A program made the translations under genes and the position numbers. From positions 57,412,001 to 57,476,000 of the forward strand of contig OX597830.1 in the NCBI GenBank assembly GCA_951406725.2: a stretch of 64,000 nucleotides of DNA, in the 5' to 3' direction. The first letter of the stretch is position 1, and every line of letters begins with the position of its first letter. Under the pieces are notes generated by a model. The model made no database searches. It saw only the letters and a list, made by a program, of their open reading frames with translations, and was not told where the DNA came from. Source of the stretch: Octopus vulgaris (taxonomy: Eukaryota). Below are positions 51,931 through 62,466 of this stretch, one piece after another.

Positions 51931-52060
51931 AATAACATACAGCTGTTTCAGCTAATAGATAAAAATACCTCATTCTACCTTTATTACTCAAGTGGAGTGA
52001 AGTAATAGGTATATGAAAATAAGGTACTTGGGTATATCTCTAGGCTTTGTCAGAGATTAT
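51931..52060 (-). ncRNA. Degenerate hammerhead with a long stem II (family G)
   Basis: Minus strand CTGACAA (consistent with CpG decay of CTGACGA), a ~95-nt hairpin, then GAAA-CAGCTG-TA. Palindromic stem III ACAGCTGT; stem I decayed. Confidence 0.45.
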
Positions 52061-52810
52061 AAAGTACATAATGTTAAGTTATAAATAAATATAAATATAA
52101 ACATAAATATAAAATAAATAAAATACACACACGTTTGAATACTTATATATATAGACATACATATACATACATATATAGATATACATAAATACCTATATAT
52201 ATACTGAAATATACATACATATTTACATCTATAAACATATACAATAATATGTTATTACAAATATTGTTAATATTAGATGCATTCTGTTATTCACAATAGA
52301 TATAATATAGTATATAGAATATAATATATAAACAGATATTTTTGAAAGTTATAAGGATAGTCATTTTACAATCAATATATCAATGTATCATAAAGTTATT
52401 ACAGTTGTGTCAAAACTAACCTGCTTACACATGAGAATATAAAAAAACAACAAAAGCATGGAAAACAAACTTTCTTTTGGACAACGAAAGCACCAAATAG
52501 AGAAATGAGACAGGCAACATAAAGAACAATCCCTTCATCAGTTGTCCACTGTTTTATCTAATCCGTGTTTCGAAGGTTAGGACAAGATACGACTTCATTA
52601 TATATATATATATATACACACACACATACATATATGTGCCCGTGTATATTATATGTATATTATATGTATATTATATGTATATATATGTATATTATATGTA
52701 TATTATATTATCTTTTATCTTGTTGCTTGTTTCAGTCATTAGACTGTGGCCATGCTAGGGCACCCTCCTGATGGTACATATTTTCTTTTGCCTGAGACCT
52801 TGGGCAAGTA

Positions 52811-53440
52811 TCATCATCATCTAGCATCTGCTCTCCTTGCTGGCATGGGTCAGATTGTTTGACTGGAACTGGTAACCCTGCACCAGGTTTCAATCTGATT
52901 TGGCATGGTTTCTACAGCTGGATGCTCTTCCTTCTGCCAACCACTCCAAGAGTGTAATGGGTGCTTTTCACATGGCACCAGCATGGCTGCCAGTTACATC
53001 ACACCGGTAACGGCCACGTCTATGACTTCATGGGTGCTATTTATATATCACTGGCAATGGCCATGACGACAATTTCACTTGGCTTGATGAGTCTTCTTCT
53101 CAAGCACAGCATATTGCCAAAGGTCTCGGTCACTGGTCATCACCTCCATTTGTCCCAACATTCAAAGACCATGCTTTACCACCTCATCCCATGTCTTCCT
53201 GGGTCTACCTCTTCCACAGGTTCCCTCCACAGTTAGAGGTCAGCTCTTCTTCACACAACTGTCCTCATCCATACACATCACATGACCATACCAGTGCAGT
53301 TGTCTCTCTTGCACACCACATCTGATGCCTCTTATGCCCAACTTTTCTCTCAAGACACTTACGCTCTATCACTCATGCATACTAACAGTGCACATCCAGT
53401 GAACTATACAGGCTTCATTTCTCTCAAGCCTTCACATGTC
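52811..53440 (-). mobile_element. RTE LINE 3' end with ORF2 C-terminus
   Basis: Minus strand LREKLGIRGIRCGVQERQLHWYGHVMCMDEDSCVKK...EGTCGRGRPRKTWDEV, followed by the modular 3'UTR and tail. This identifies the (GAT)n-tailed family as RTE. Confidence 0.88.
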
Positions 53441-53548
53441 CAGTGTGGTAACTCTGAGCAGACCAAAGCCTTGAGAGTGAATTTGGTAGGTACATTATTT
53501 ACATTATTTACATTCAACGGATATTTGTCCTCATCTTGTTTGTTGTTA

Positions 53549-53592
53549 ACACAACATTTCAGCTGATATACTCTCCATCCTTCATCAGGTGT
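53549..53592 (-). ncRNA. Minimal hammerhead ribozyme (family A, minus arm)
   Basis: ACAC-CTGATGA-A-GGATG gagagtatat CAGCT-GAAA-TG-TT-GTGT; stem II has mismatches. Confidence 0.6.
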
Positions 53593-53680
53593 CTTGGGGA
53601 AATTTCAAACCTGGGTTCTCATTCTTAAAAAAAAAAAAAACACCTTAGGAATGAAAACCCAGGTTCAAAATTTCCCCAAG

Positions 53681-53728
53681 ACACCTGAAGAAGGCTGGAG
53701 GGTGGGTATATCAGCCGAAACGTTGTGT
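53681..53728 (+). ncRNA. Minimal hammerhead ribozyme (family A, plus arm)
   Basis: ACAC-CTGAAGA-A-GGCTG...CAGCC-GAAA-CG-TT^-GTGT; palindromic stem III AACGTT. Confidence 0.8.
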
Positions 53729-53789
53729 TAACAACAAACAAGATGAGGACAAATATCCATTGAATGTAAATAATGTAAATAATGAAAAT

Positions 53790-54536
53790 GTTGTACTGCT
53801 GGCATTCACAGTGGAAGCTCCAATACAAACATTTCAGAGTGTTTGGGTGTCAATCTGAGGACATGTACCAAAAGTCATAAAAATCAAACATCCAATCAAC
53901 ATCATGGTGTTTGGAGTGATCACTAGTGATGTTGATGTTATGCCTCCATTCATCTTCCCACATGGCCTCAGACTCAACATGGAGGCCTACATCAAGTGCC
54001 TGGAGGAGGTAGTGCTGCCTGGGTCAAGAGGGTGGCTGCTGGAAGACCAACAGGACTCTGCACCATGCCACACAAGCAGGAGAACCCATTCATGGCTTTC
54101 AGACAATTTCTGCGACCACGCCACCTCTAACATCTAGCTACCAAACTCCCCAGACTGCAACCCCCTTGATTATTATGTGTAGGGCGCAGTTGAGTGAGAG
54201 ACCAACAAAACTCCTTTGTAACACCAAAGATGAACTGAAGGAAAGGGTTATGGCAGCATTCACCAACTTAAACAAGGAGACTGTCCAGAAGAGTTGCAGG
54301 AGATTTGGAAGTTGTCTGGAGGCCATGGCTAAAGCCAATAGCGATTTTATAGAATAAATTTACTCTTGAGTATTTCAAGATATTTTTATGCAATTTTGGT
54401 AAATGCCAGCATCGTCCAACCCATGCCAGCATGGAAAGAAGACGTTAAACAATGATGATGATATCTGTTAAAATGAGATGTCAGTGTTATTTTCATTTTT
54501 GCATATTTTAGACAACAGTTTATTCACCACACCCTC

Positions 54537-54538
<2 letters not shown>
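53790..54538 (+). pseudogene. Tc1/mariner DD37D (maT-like) transposase remnant
   Basis: MVFGVITSD...QQDSAPCH...PNSPDCNPLDYY with 37 residues between the 2nd and 3rd Asp; internal stops. Confidence 0.85.
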
Positions 54539-54593
<55 letters not shown>

Positions 54594-55019
54594 TCATCAT
54601 CATCATCGTTTAGCGTCTGTTTTCCATGCTAGCATGGGTTGGACGGTTCTACTGGGGTCTGTGAAGCCAGAAGGCTTCATCAGGCCCAGTCAAATCTGGC
54701 AGTGCTTCTACGGCTTGATGCCCTTCCTAACGTCATATATATATTTATATATATATACATATATATATTTATATATATATACATATATAAAGATATACAT
54801 ACACGTGCTAGCACGGAAAACGGATGTTAAACGATGATGATGATGACATATATATATAATTGAGATTCAGTTGAATTAGGTACTGAAAATGAAACACTAA
54901 GTCAGTCCAGTATTATCTATACAGTTTGAAGTAAGGTGAATAAAATCAAAATAAGCAACAGGATATCAAGAAGTGATGCAGTATGACCATCTCAAGCAGC
55001 TGCATTTAATTGAACAATG

Positions 55020-55495
55020 ACGGAACCGCCTGACTGGCACCCGTGCTGGTGAGACGTTAAGAACACCATCCGAGCGTGATCATTGCCATGGCCGCTGACT
55101 GGCTCCGATGCCAATGGCACATAAAAAGCACCATTCAAGAGTGATCGTTACCAGCATCGCCTTACCGGCATTGTGCCAGTGGCACGTGAAAAACAACATT
55201 TGAGCGACGTCATTGCCAGTTCCGCTGGACTGGCTCCTATGCAGGTGGCACATAAAACACACCATTTGAGCATGGCTGTCGCTAGTACTGCCTGACTGGC
55301 CCTTGTGCCAGTGGTATGTAAAAGCACCCACTACATTCTCGGAGTGGTTGGCGTCAGGAAGGGCATCCAGCTGTAGAAACATTGCCAGATTGGATTGGAG
55401 CTTGGTGCAGCCATCTGGCTCACCAGGCCTCAGTCAAACCATCCAACCCATGCCAGCATGGAAAGCGGACGTTAAACAATGATGATGATGATGAT
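55020..55495 (+). mobile_element. RTE LINE 3'UTR fragment
   Basis: Five ~60-bp GTGGCACRTAAAA.CACC modules, the conserved 3' end and a (GAT)n tail. Confidence 0.85.
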
Positions 55496-56616
55496 TTTAA
55501 CAGAGCAAGAAAATGGAAGAAATTCATGTTGTAGCTAAGAATAGAATACATTTCCAAGAATTGCATGAAGCCTATTGGGGTCATAGTGTTGTTCCATGAA
55601 TACATGACACATTCAACCAGTATCCAAAGTTTCAAACTGTTTAGTTAAAAAAATTAAGTAAAAAATCTGTGACAGATTGAATAGATCCGAAAGCGATGCC
55701 CCAGCATGGCCGCAGTGAAATGACTGAAACACGTAAAAGAATAAAAGAATACACACACACACACATATATATACCAGGCTTCCATGTAGTTTCCATCTTC
55801 CAAATTCCCTCACAAGGTATCAGTTGGCCCAGGGCTATAGTAGAAGACACTCACTCAAGGTGCTGTGGAGTGGAACTGAACCCAGAATTATTTGGGAAAA
55901 GAACCAGCTTCTTAAGCACACAGCTAAGCCTGCACCTAGAATAGCATTGATAACTTTAAGGGTGAGTCATGATGGCCACCATTAAAGAGGGTAATGACCA
56001 CCATTATTACTACTACTACTACGATGATGATGATGACGATGATGATGATGATGATGATGATGATGGCAATGCTGGTCACTGCTTTTCTCTAATTCTTCTT
56101 CCCATCCCCATCTTTTAGACTAAGCTTTTTTTCTTTATTTCTTTCCATGAAGCTGGATACTTGTTTACACCATGTTCAGTCATGCATTTCCACCCACCCC
56201 TCCCAACACCATCTATGTATTTTAGCTTCTCCATTTGACCTTTGTGACCTTCCTCCCTTCTTATTTCCATGGACCCTTTTCTTGTTGCACCCCCCCCCCC
56301 CCCGCACCACCACCACCACTACCACCATGCTAACCCTTCCTTTCCTCTTTAGCTCTGACCAGAAACATATTCAGGTGGGTCTCAAGGATCTCAATCAACC
56401 TTTGTGTGTGTGTGTGTGTACATATATTCATACATACACACACACCCACAAACATGCATACAGATACACACTTACACACACACACACATGCATACATACA
56501 CACACACACACAGAGAGTCAGGCAGACCAATGGAGAGATTCTATATTAATCTTTATGTGAAAAGTGTTCACTTATGGATGCCTTTATACATGTCTTTGAC
56601 AGTGCTTCGCTCTCTC

Positions 56617-56655
<39 letters not shown>

Positions 56656-56695
56656 ATATATATATATATATACTCTCTCTCTATATATATATATA

Positions 56696-56908
56696 CTCTT
56701 TACTCTTTTACTCTTTTACTTGTTTCAGTCATTTGACTGTGGCCATGCTGGAGCACCGCCTTTAGTCGAGCAAATCGACCCCGGGACTTATTCTTTGTAA
56801 GCCCAGAACTTTTCTATCAGTCTCTTTTGCCGAACCGCTAAGTGACGGGATGTAAACACACCAGCATCGGTTGTCAAGCAATGCTAGGGGGACAAACACA
56901 GACACACA

Positions 56909-56949
<41 letters not shown>

Positions 56950-57371
56950 TCTTTTTACTCTTTTACTTGTTTCAGTCATTTGACTGTGGCCATACTGGAG
57001 CACCACCTTTAGTCGAGCAAATCAACCCCGAGATTTATTCTTTGTAAGCCTAGTATTTATTCTATCGATTTCTTTTGCCGAACCACTAAGTTACGGGGAC
57101 GTAAACACACCACCATCGGTTATCAAGCGATGTTGGGGGACAAACACAGACACACAAACATACACACACACACATACATATATATACATATATATATAGA
57201 GATATATACGACAGGCTTCTTTTAGTTTCCGTCTACCAAATCCACTCACAAGGCTTTGGTTGGCCTTGGGCTATAGTAGAAGACACTTGCTGAAGGTGCC
57301 ACACAGCGGGACTCAACCCAGAACCGTGTGGTTGGTAAGCAAGCTACTTACCACACAGCCACTCCTGCACC
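56696..57371 (-). mobile_element. Two adjacent family-1 SINEs (3' half 56696-56910; full length 56949-57371)
   Basis: (TACTCTTT)n tails, GTGGCCATRCTGGAGCACC and head ACCACACAGCCACTCCTGC. Confidence 0.88.
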
Positions 57372-57734
57372 TATAAATATATATACATATATACATACAC
57401 ACACACATATATCATCATCATCATCATCATCGTTTAATGTCCATGGGTAAAATTAATTAATTAGTAATTAATAATTCCACCAAATAGTATTCAGCATGTT
57501 AAAAGGACCATTTTCGGTATATTTAAACAATGTGTTTTTATAATTATGAGTATAATTATAATTAGGGTTCAGCAAAAAAATTTGCTTAACCACATACCGA
57601 ACTTTAGAAATAGCAACCCAAAAACTTAGCTATTTCTTCTACTATAAGAAGCAACTCCCAGACAACATATACTTAAACCAACCAACGTAGGCATAGAGGA
57701 AAAAAACAAAAAAAATTCACTCAGTATTTGATTA

Positions 57735-57815
57735 TCTGTGGACGCGTTTCTGAGTTAGATATGGAAATGCAAAATTCACATTTTACATTCAATCATTCTC
57801 TTCATCAGCACAAGA
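57735..57815 (-). ncRNA. Minimal type-I hammerhead ribozyme (family D)
   Basis: Minus strand TCTTGTG-CTGATGA-A-GAG...CTC-A-GAAA-CGCG-TC^-CACAGA; GAAACGCGTC is a typical PLE-type palindromic stem III. Confidence 0.8.
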
Positions 57816-57876
57816 TTTCAAGCTTTTAAATTTGAGAGCACTGAAAATATTAAACATACCTATATATATATATATA

Positions 57877-58676
57877 TATACAATAATATGTTACATTACT
57901 CGATAGTCAAGATAAAACTCTGAGTTTCAGATGCCGAAGTGGAAATCCACAACACCATCTCTTCGGTTATCTGGCTATTTGAAAACGCTATGAAAAAATA
58001 CCGTTATATAAAAGGAAATTACTGTGTTATAACTCTGCTTGCCTGCGTACTTATACATCGCTCGCATTTTTCGTCATAAAGATTATATAAAAATACATAA
58101 AAAATATATAAAAATATATAAAATCTTCTTGGGACATAACATAGAAAGCATGTTCTATCTGTTTTCTTTAGGGGACCAAAAACGTAACAGAAATTTAGTC
58201 ACATGTGGGCATGATCCGAAAAGCAGCTTAGACCCTACTACATGTCTAAATACAAGGACAGAGCTTTTCGGATCATGCCCACATGTGACTAAATTTCTGT
58301 TACGTTTTTGGTCCCCTAAAGAAAACAGATAGAACATGCTTTTTATGTTATGTCCCAAGAAGATTTTACATATTTTTATATATTTTTTTATGTATTTTTA
58401 TATAATCTTTATGACGAAAAATGCGAGCGATGTATAAGTATGCAGGCAAGCAGAGTAATAACAGAGTAATTTCCCTTTATATAACGGTATTTTTTCATAG
58501 CGTTTTCAAATAGCCAGATAACCGAAGAGATGGTGTTGTGGATTTCCACTTCGGCATCTGAAACTCAGAGTTTTATCTTGACTATCGAGTAATGTAACAT
58601 ATTATTGTATAGATAGATTTCCTCTATTTACATAATATTGAGGTCTCTTTCTTTCTTTTGTTATCTTACCGTTTTA

Positions 58677-58680
<4 letters not shown>
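57877..58680 (+). mobile_element. Family E Penelope-like element 3' end with inverted pLTR (arms 57877-58224 / 58263-58611, plus a ~70-nt tail) in (TA)n
   Basis: ~348-bp near-perfect inverted repeat. The right arm reads LNTRTELFGSCPHVTKFLL, resembling the PLE GIY-YIG C-terminal LN.R.E....C.H..K motif. Hammerhead in each arm. Confidence 0.85.
58517..58577 (+). ncRNA. Hammerhead-like motif (family E, CCGAAGA core variant); mirror copy at 57911-57971 on the minus strand
   Basis: GATAA-CCGAAGA-GATG..GTGGAttTCCAC..CATC-T-GAAA-CTCAGAG-TT^-TTATC. Confidence 0.6.
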
Positions 58681-58711
<31 letters not shown>

Positions 58712-58715
<4 letters not shown>

Positions 58716-59050
58716 TCATCATCATCATCATCATCATAGCGTCCGTTTTCCATGCTAGCATGGGTTGGACGTTTCAACTGGGGTCTGTGAAGCCGGAAGG
58801 CTTTATCAGGCCCAGTCAGATCTGGCAGTGTTTCTATGGCTGGATGCCCTTCCTAACGCCAACCACTCCGTGAGTGTAGTGGGTGCTTTTTACGTGCCAC
58901 CCGCACAGGTGCCAGACAGAGCTGGCAAACGGCCATGAACGGATGGTGCTTTTACATGCCACCAGCACGGGGACCAGGCAAGGCTGGCAACGGACACAAA
59001 CGGATGGTGCTTTTACGTGCCACCCGGCACGGAGGCCAGACGGGGCGGTG
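58712..59050 (-). mobile_element. RTE LINE 3'UTR fragment (CpG-rich, probably young)
   Basis: (CAT)n, CCATGCTAGCATGG and TTTTACGTGCCACC modules. Confidence 0.85.
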
Positions 59051-59562
59051 CCGATCTGTAGCTCTCCTTTCATCTCCTTCTCTCATACATTAACCCTCAC
59101 TTAACATAAAGACACCTACCCACCCCTACCCATGTATGGTTCTCTTACAAGCTGTATGGCTACCTCAGCAGTGTCAATGGCATGAATAAAAGCATCCAGC
59201 ACATGCTGTGGAGAAGTCAGCATTTGGAAGGGCTTCCAACTGTAGAAGCTCGGCATAATGCAGCATCATGTAATGCTAGACTCATTGGATCTTTGTCTAA
59301 ACCGTCATGGAACATAGGTAACATAGGATGATGATGATGATGATGATATATGTATGTATGGAGGTATATATATATATAATATATATCCAACTGTAGAAAT
59401 ACTGTCAGATCAGATTGGGACATGGTGCAGCCTCCTGGCTTCCCAGACCCAAGTCGAACCGTGGAACCCATGCCAGCATGGAAAATTGACATTAAACGAT
59501 GATGATGATGATGATGATGAATATATATAATAAATAATATATAATCTATATATATATAATTT

Positions 59563-59610
<48 letters not shown>

Positions 59611-59613
<3 letters not shown>

Positions 59614-60135
59614 TCATCATCATCATCATCGTTTAACGTCCGTTCTCCATGCTAGCATGGGTTGGACGGTTCGACCAGGGATCTGGGAAGCCAGAAGGCT
59701 GCACCAGGCTCTGGTCTTATCTGGCAATGTTTCTACAGCTGGATGCCCTTCCTAACGCCAACCACTCCGTGAGTGTAGTGGGTGCTTATTACGTGCCACC
59801 TGCACTGGTGCCAGACGAGGCTGGCATCGGCCACGGTCGGATTGGTGCATTTTACGTGCCACCTCCACGGAAGCCAGTCGAGGCGGCACTGGCTTCGGCC
59901 ACGATTCGGATGGTGCTTTTTACGTGCCACCGACACGGAAGCCAGTCGAGGCGGCGCTGGCATCAGCCACGATTCGGATAGTGCTTTTTACATATCTCCA
60001 GTCCAGGGGTCCTGGCATCTGCCGGGTGCCAGTCATAGGATTGGTTCAACGGAGATGTACTTGCATAGCAAGTGACCTGATTCCAAGATGCAGCATGGAA
60101 TTTTGTCAGTGAACAGGTCGTGGTCTCAAAGCGAT
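59611..60135 (-). mobile_element. RTE LINE 3'UTR fragment (probably young)
   Basis: Same motifs as above, with four ~60-70-bp modules. An opposite-strand 3' fragment lies at 59390-59520. Confidence 0.85.
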
Positions 60136-60308
60136 GAAAATGTTTTGACAAATTATATTTAAATGTGGAAGTTAATCTAATGGATTTTGTGTGTCTCTTA
60201 AATGGCTTACAAACACCTTCCACTCTGCAGCTGTTTTCGTTCCAGCACACGATCTCAGATCAGGTCACTATGCAAGTACATCTCTGTAACATATATATAT
60301 ATATTATT

Positions 60309-60384
<76 letters not shown>

Positions 60385-60388
<4 letters not shown>

Positions 60389-60650
60389 GTAAATGTAATA
60401 TGTGACAATTATTCGGTAGCCATGATGAAACTCCGAGTTTCGGATGTCGGGGTGGAAATCCACGCTGCCATCTCTTCAGTTATCGGCCAACTGAAGAGAT
60501 GGCAGCATGAATTTCCACCTCGGCATCCGAAACTCGGAGTTTTATCATGGCTACCGAATAATTGTCACATTATATTACAGATAAATTCCTCTATTTACAT
60601 AATATCAAGGTCTCTTTCTTTCTTTTGTTGTCTTACCATTTCTATCAATA
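60385..60650 (+). mobile_element. Family E fold-back pLTR (arms 60385-60481 / 60489-60582, plus tail) in (TA)n
   Basis: Inverted repeat with a 7-nt loop. The tail TTCCTCTATTTACATAATAT..AGGTCTCTTTCTTTCTTTTG matches 58619-58680. Confidence 0.88.
60424..60484 (-). ncRNA. Hammerhead ribozyme (family E); mirror copy at 60489-60546 on the plus strand
   Basis: GATAA-CTGAAGA-GATG..GTGGAttTCCAC..CATC-C-GAAA-CTCGGAG-TT^-TCATC. Confidence 0.72.
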
Positions 60651-60658
60651 TATATATA

Positions 60659-60828
60659 TATAAGTATATGAAAGAATGGAGTTGAACGACTAGTTAACAA
60701 ATATCCTTTATTCTTGACATATGTTTCGAAGGCTGCATATTCCTAATTCCGCAGCCTTCGAAACATATGTCGAGAATAAAGGATATTTGTTAACTAGTCG
60801 TTCAACTCCATTCTTTCATATACTTATA
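60659..60828. repeat. Family F fold-back (78-bp arms, 14-nt loop) carrying the 3' half of a hammerhead
   Basis: 60659-60736 is the reverse complement of 60751-60828. GAAA-CATATG-TC at 60760-60771; no CTGANGA. Confidence 0.85.
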
Positions 60829-60980
60829 ATTTTAAAATAAACATACAAATTTCCGCACGAAGACACGTAGTCTATGCCCTAGCGACGTAGCTTCAACTGT
60901 GTTCTTTCTTATGTGAATTTGCTACCCAGGTATCGGTTATCTTTCGAATTATCCTTAATAAGATAATTCATTCAATTACT

Positions 60981-61059
<79 letters not shown>

Positions 61060-61110
61060 ATGTATGTATGTATGCATGCATGTATGTATGCATGTGTGTA
61101 TGTATGTATG

Positions 61111-61150
<40 letters not shown>

Positions 61151-62014
61151 AATATATGACGATGTCTTCGCCTAGCAACAAATTGCCCTCATAAGGTATC
61201 AGCCAACCCACATGATGCTGAACAAATGGAATCGGATTGCACGGCTGCCTTGGTTGTAAAGCAAACTGCTTCTTGTCATCACAGCCATTTCAGAGACAAG
61301 CAAAACGTTGTGAGGTTTATTCCTTTCTCAACGTTGTTACTGGTGAAGTATATATAATCTCCAATAAACCATTGAAATCGCGGCGACAGGTTCAACCTCG
61401 TCGGTAGATAATTCTTTGTCGACGATCTTCACAGTTATCTCCCTTGCTCCTATTCTGAGACATTTTTAACTTTCGCTCAGACGTTCGCTTATTCCAAAAC
61501 ACCTTTCTACAATTTCTTTCTCTTATTTAATCCTTCCTTCTTTCTTTCTTTGTTATTCGTTTCTCATTCGTTACCTCTTTCTGTTTGTCTCTATTTTTCT
61601 ACTTTATTTCCCTATCAACTGTTTTTCCTTTATTCTAAATTTCTTTTCCCTTCCTTTTTTTCATTTGTCTTACGTTTTTTTCTTTCTTTTTCACTCGTCT
61701 CTTTTCTTTCCCTCCCAACTATTTTATTTCATTCTTTTTTTCGTTCCCATTTGTTTTTATTTCTTTTTCACTTCTCTTTTTCGTTTTCTTTTCAAGGCTT
61801 TTATTGTTTGTATAAGAAAACAATTTTCCCCTTCAAGTTCAATCTTCACCCGAATTTGGAAGTTACCCCCCCCCCCCTCTCTCTCTTTTCTTTTCTTTTA
61901 TAAGAAATTAAAAAAAAGAAAGACTTGTCGATTTAAAATCATTACAATATTTAAACCTGAATTCAAACTGTCACGATGAAAAAACATGTTTGAAATGTAA
62001 AAAAGAAATCTTTT

Positions 62015-62371
62015 ATCATCATCATCATCGTCATCACTGTCACTACATCCATTCATCACCGCTGTCATCATCATCATCATCATCACCGCTGTCATCATGA
62101 ATCTCCTCCTCGTCATCAGCATTGCCATTCTTATCATCATCGCCATCACTCTTACTCGTCACCACCACCACGACCGCCATCACCACCACCACCAGTACCA
62201 CCACCACCACCACCACCACCACCGCCATTGTCATCATCATCACCATCGCCGCCTTCGTCACTACCATCGTTACCATTCCCATCACAATCATTGTTGTTCA
62301 GCATTTAAAAACTTTTTTTTTTCAGTTAAGACAGACACGAATAGAGCTACGGACATACTGACATAGTTAAA

Positions 62372-62436
<65 letters not shown>

Positions 62437-62466
62437 ATACACACACACACACACATACACACACAC
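62015..62466. repeat. (CAT)n/(CAC)n trinucleotide field and (CA)n tract
   Basis: Read directly; it is the source of the poly-H/T/M/D ORFs. Confidence 0.9.

Larger units (their letters stand above)
53491..53785. mobile_element. Family A fold-back: two inverted 5'-truncated copies, with a hammerhead on each strand
   Basis: 53491-53627 is the reverse complement of about 53645-53785; A-rich loop. Confidence 0.88.
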
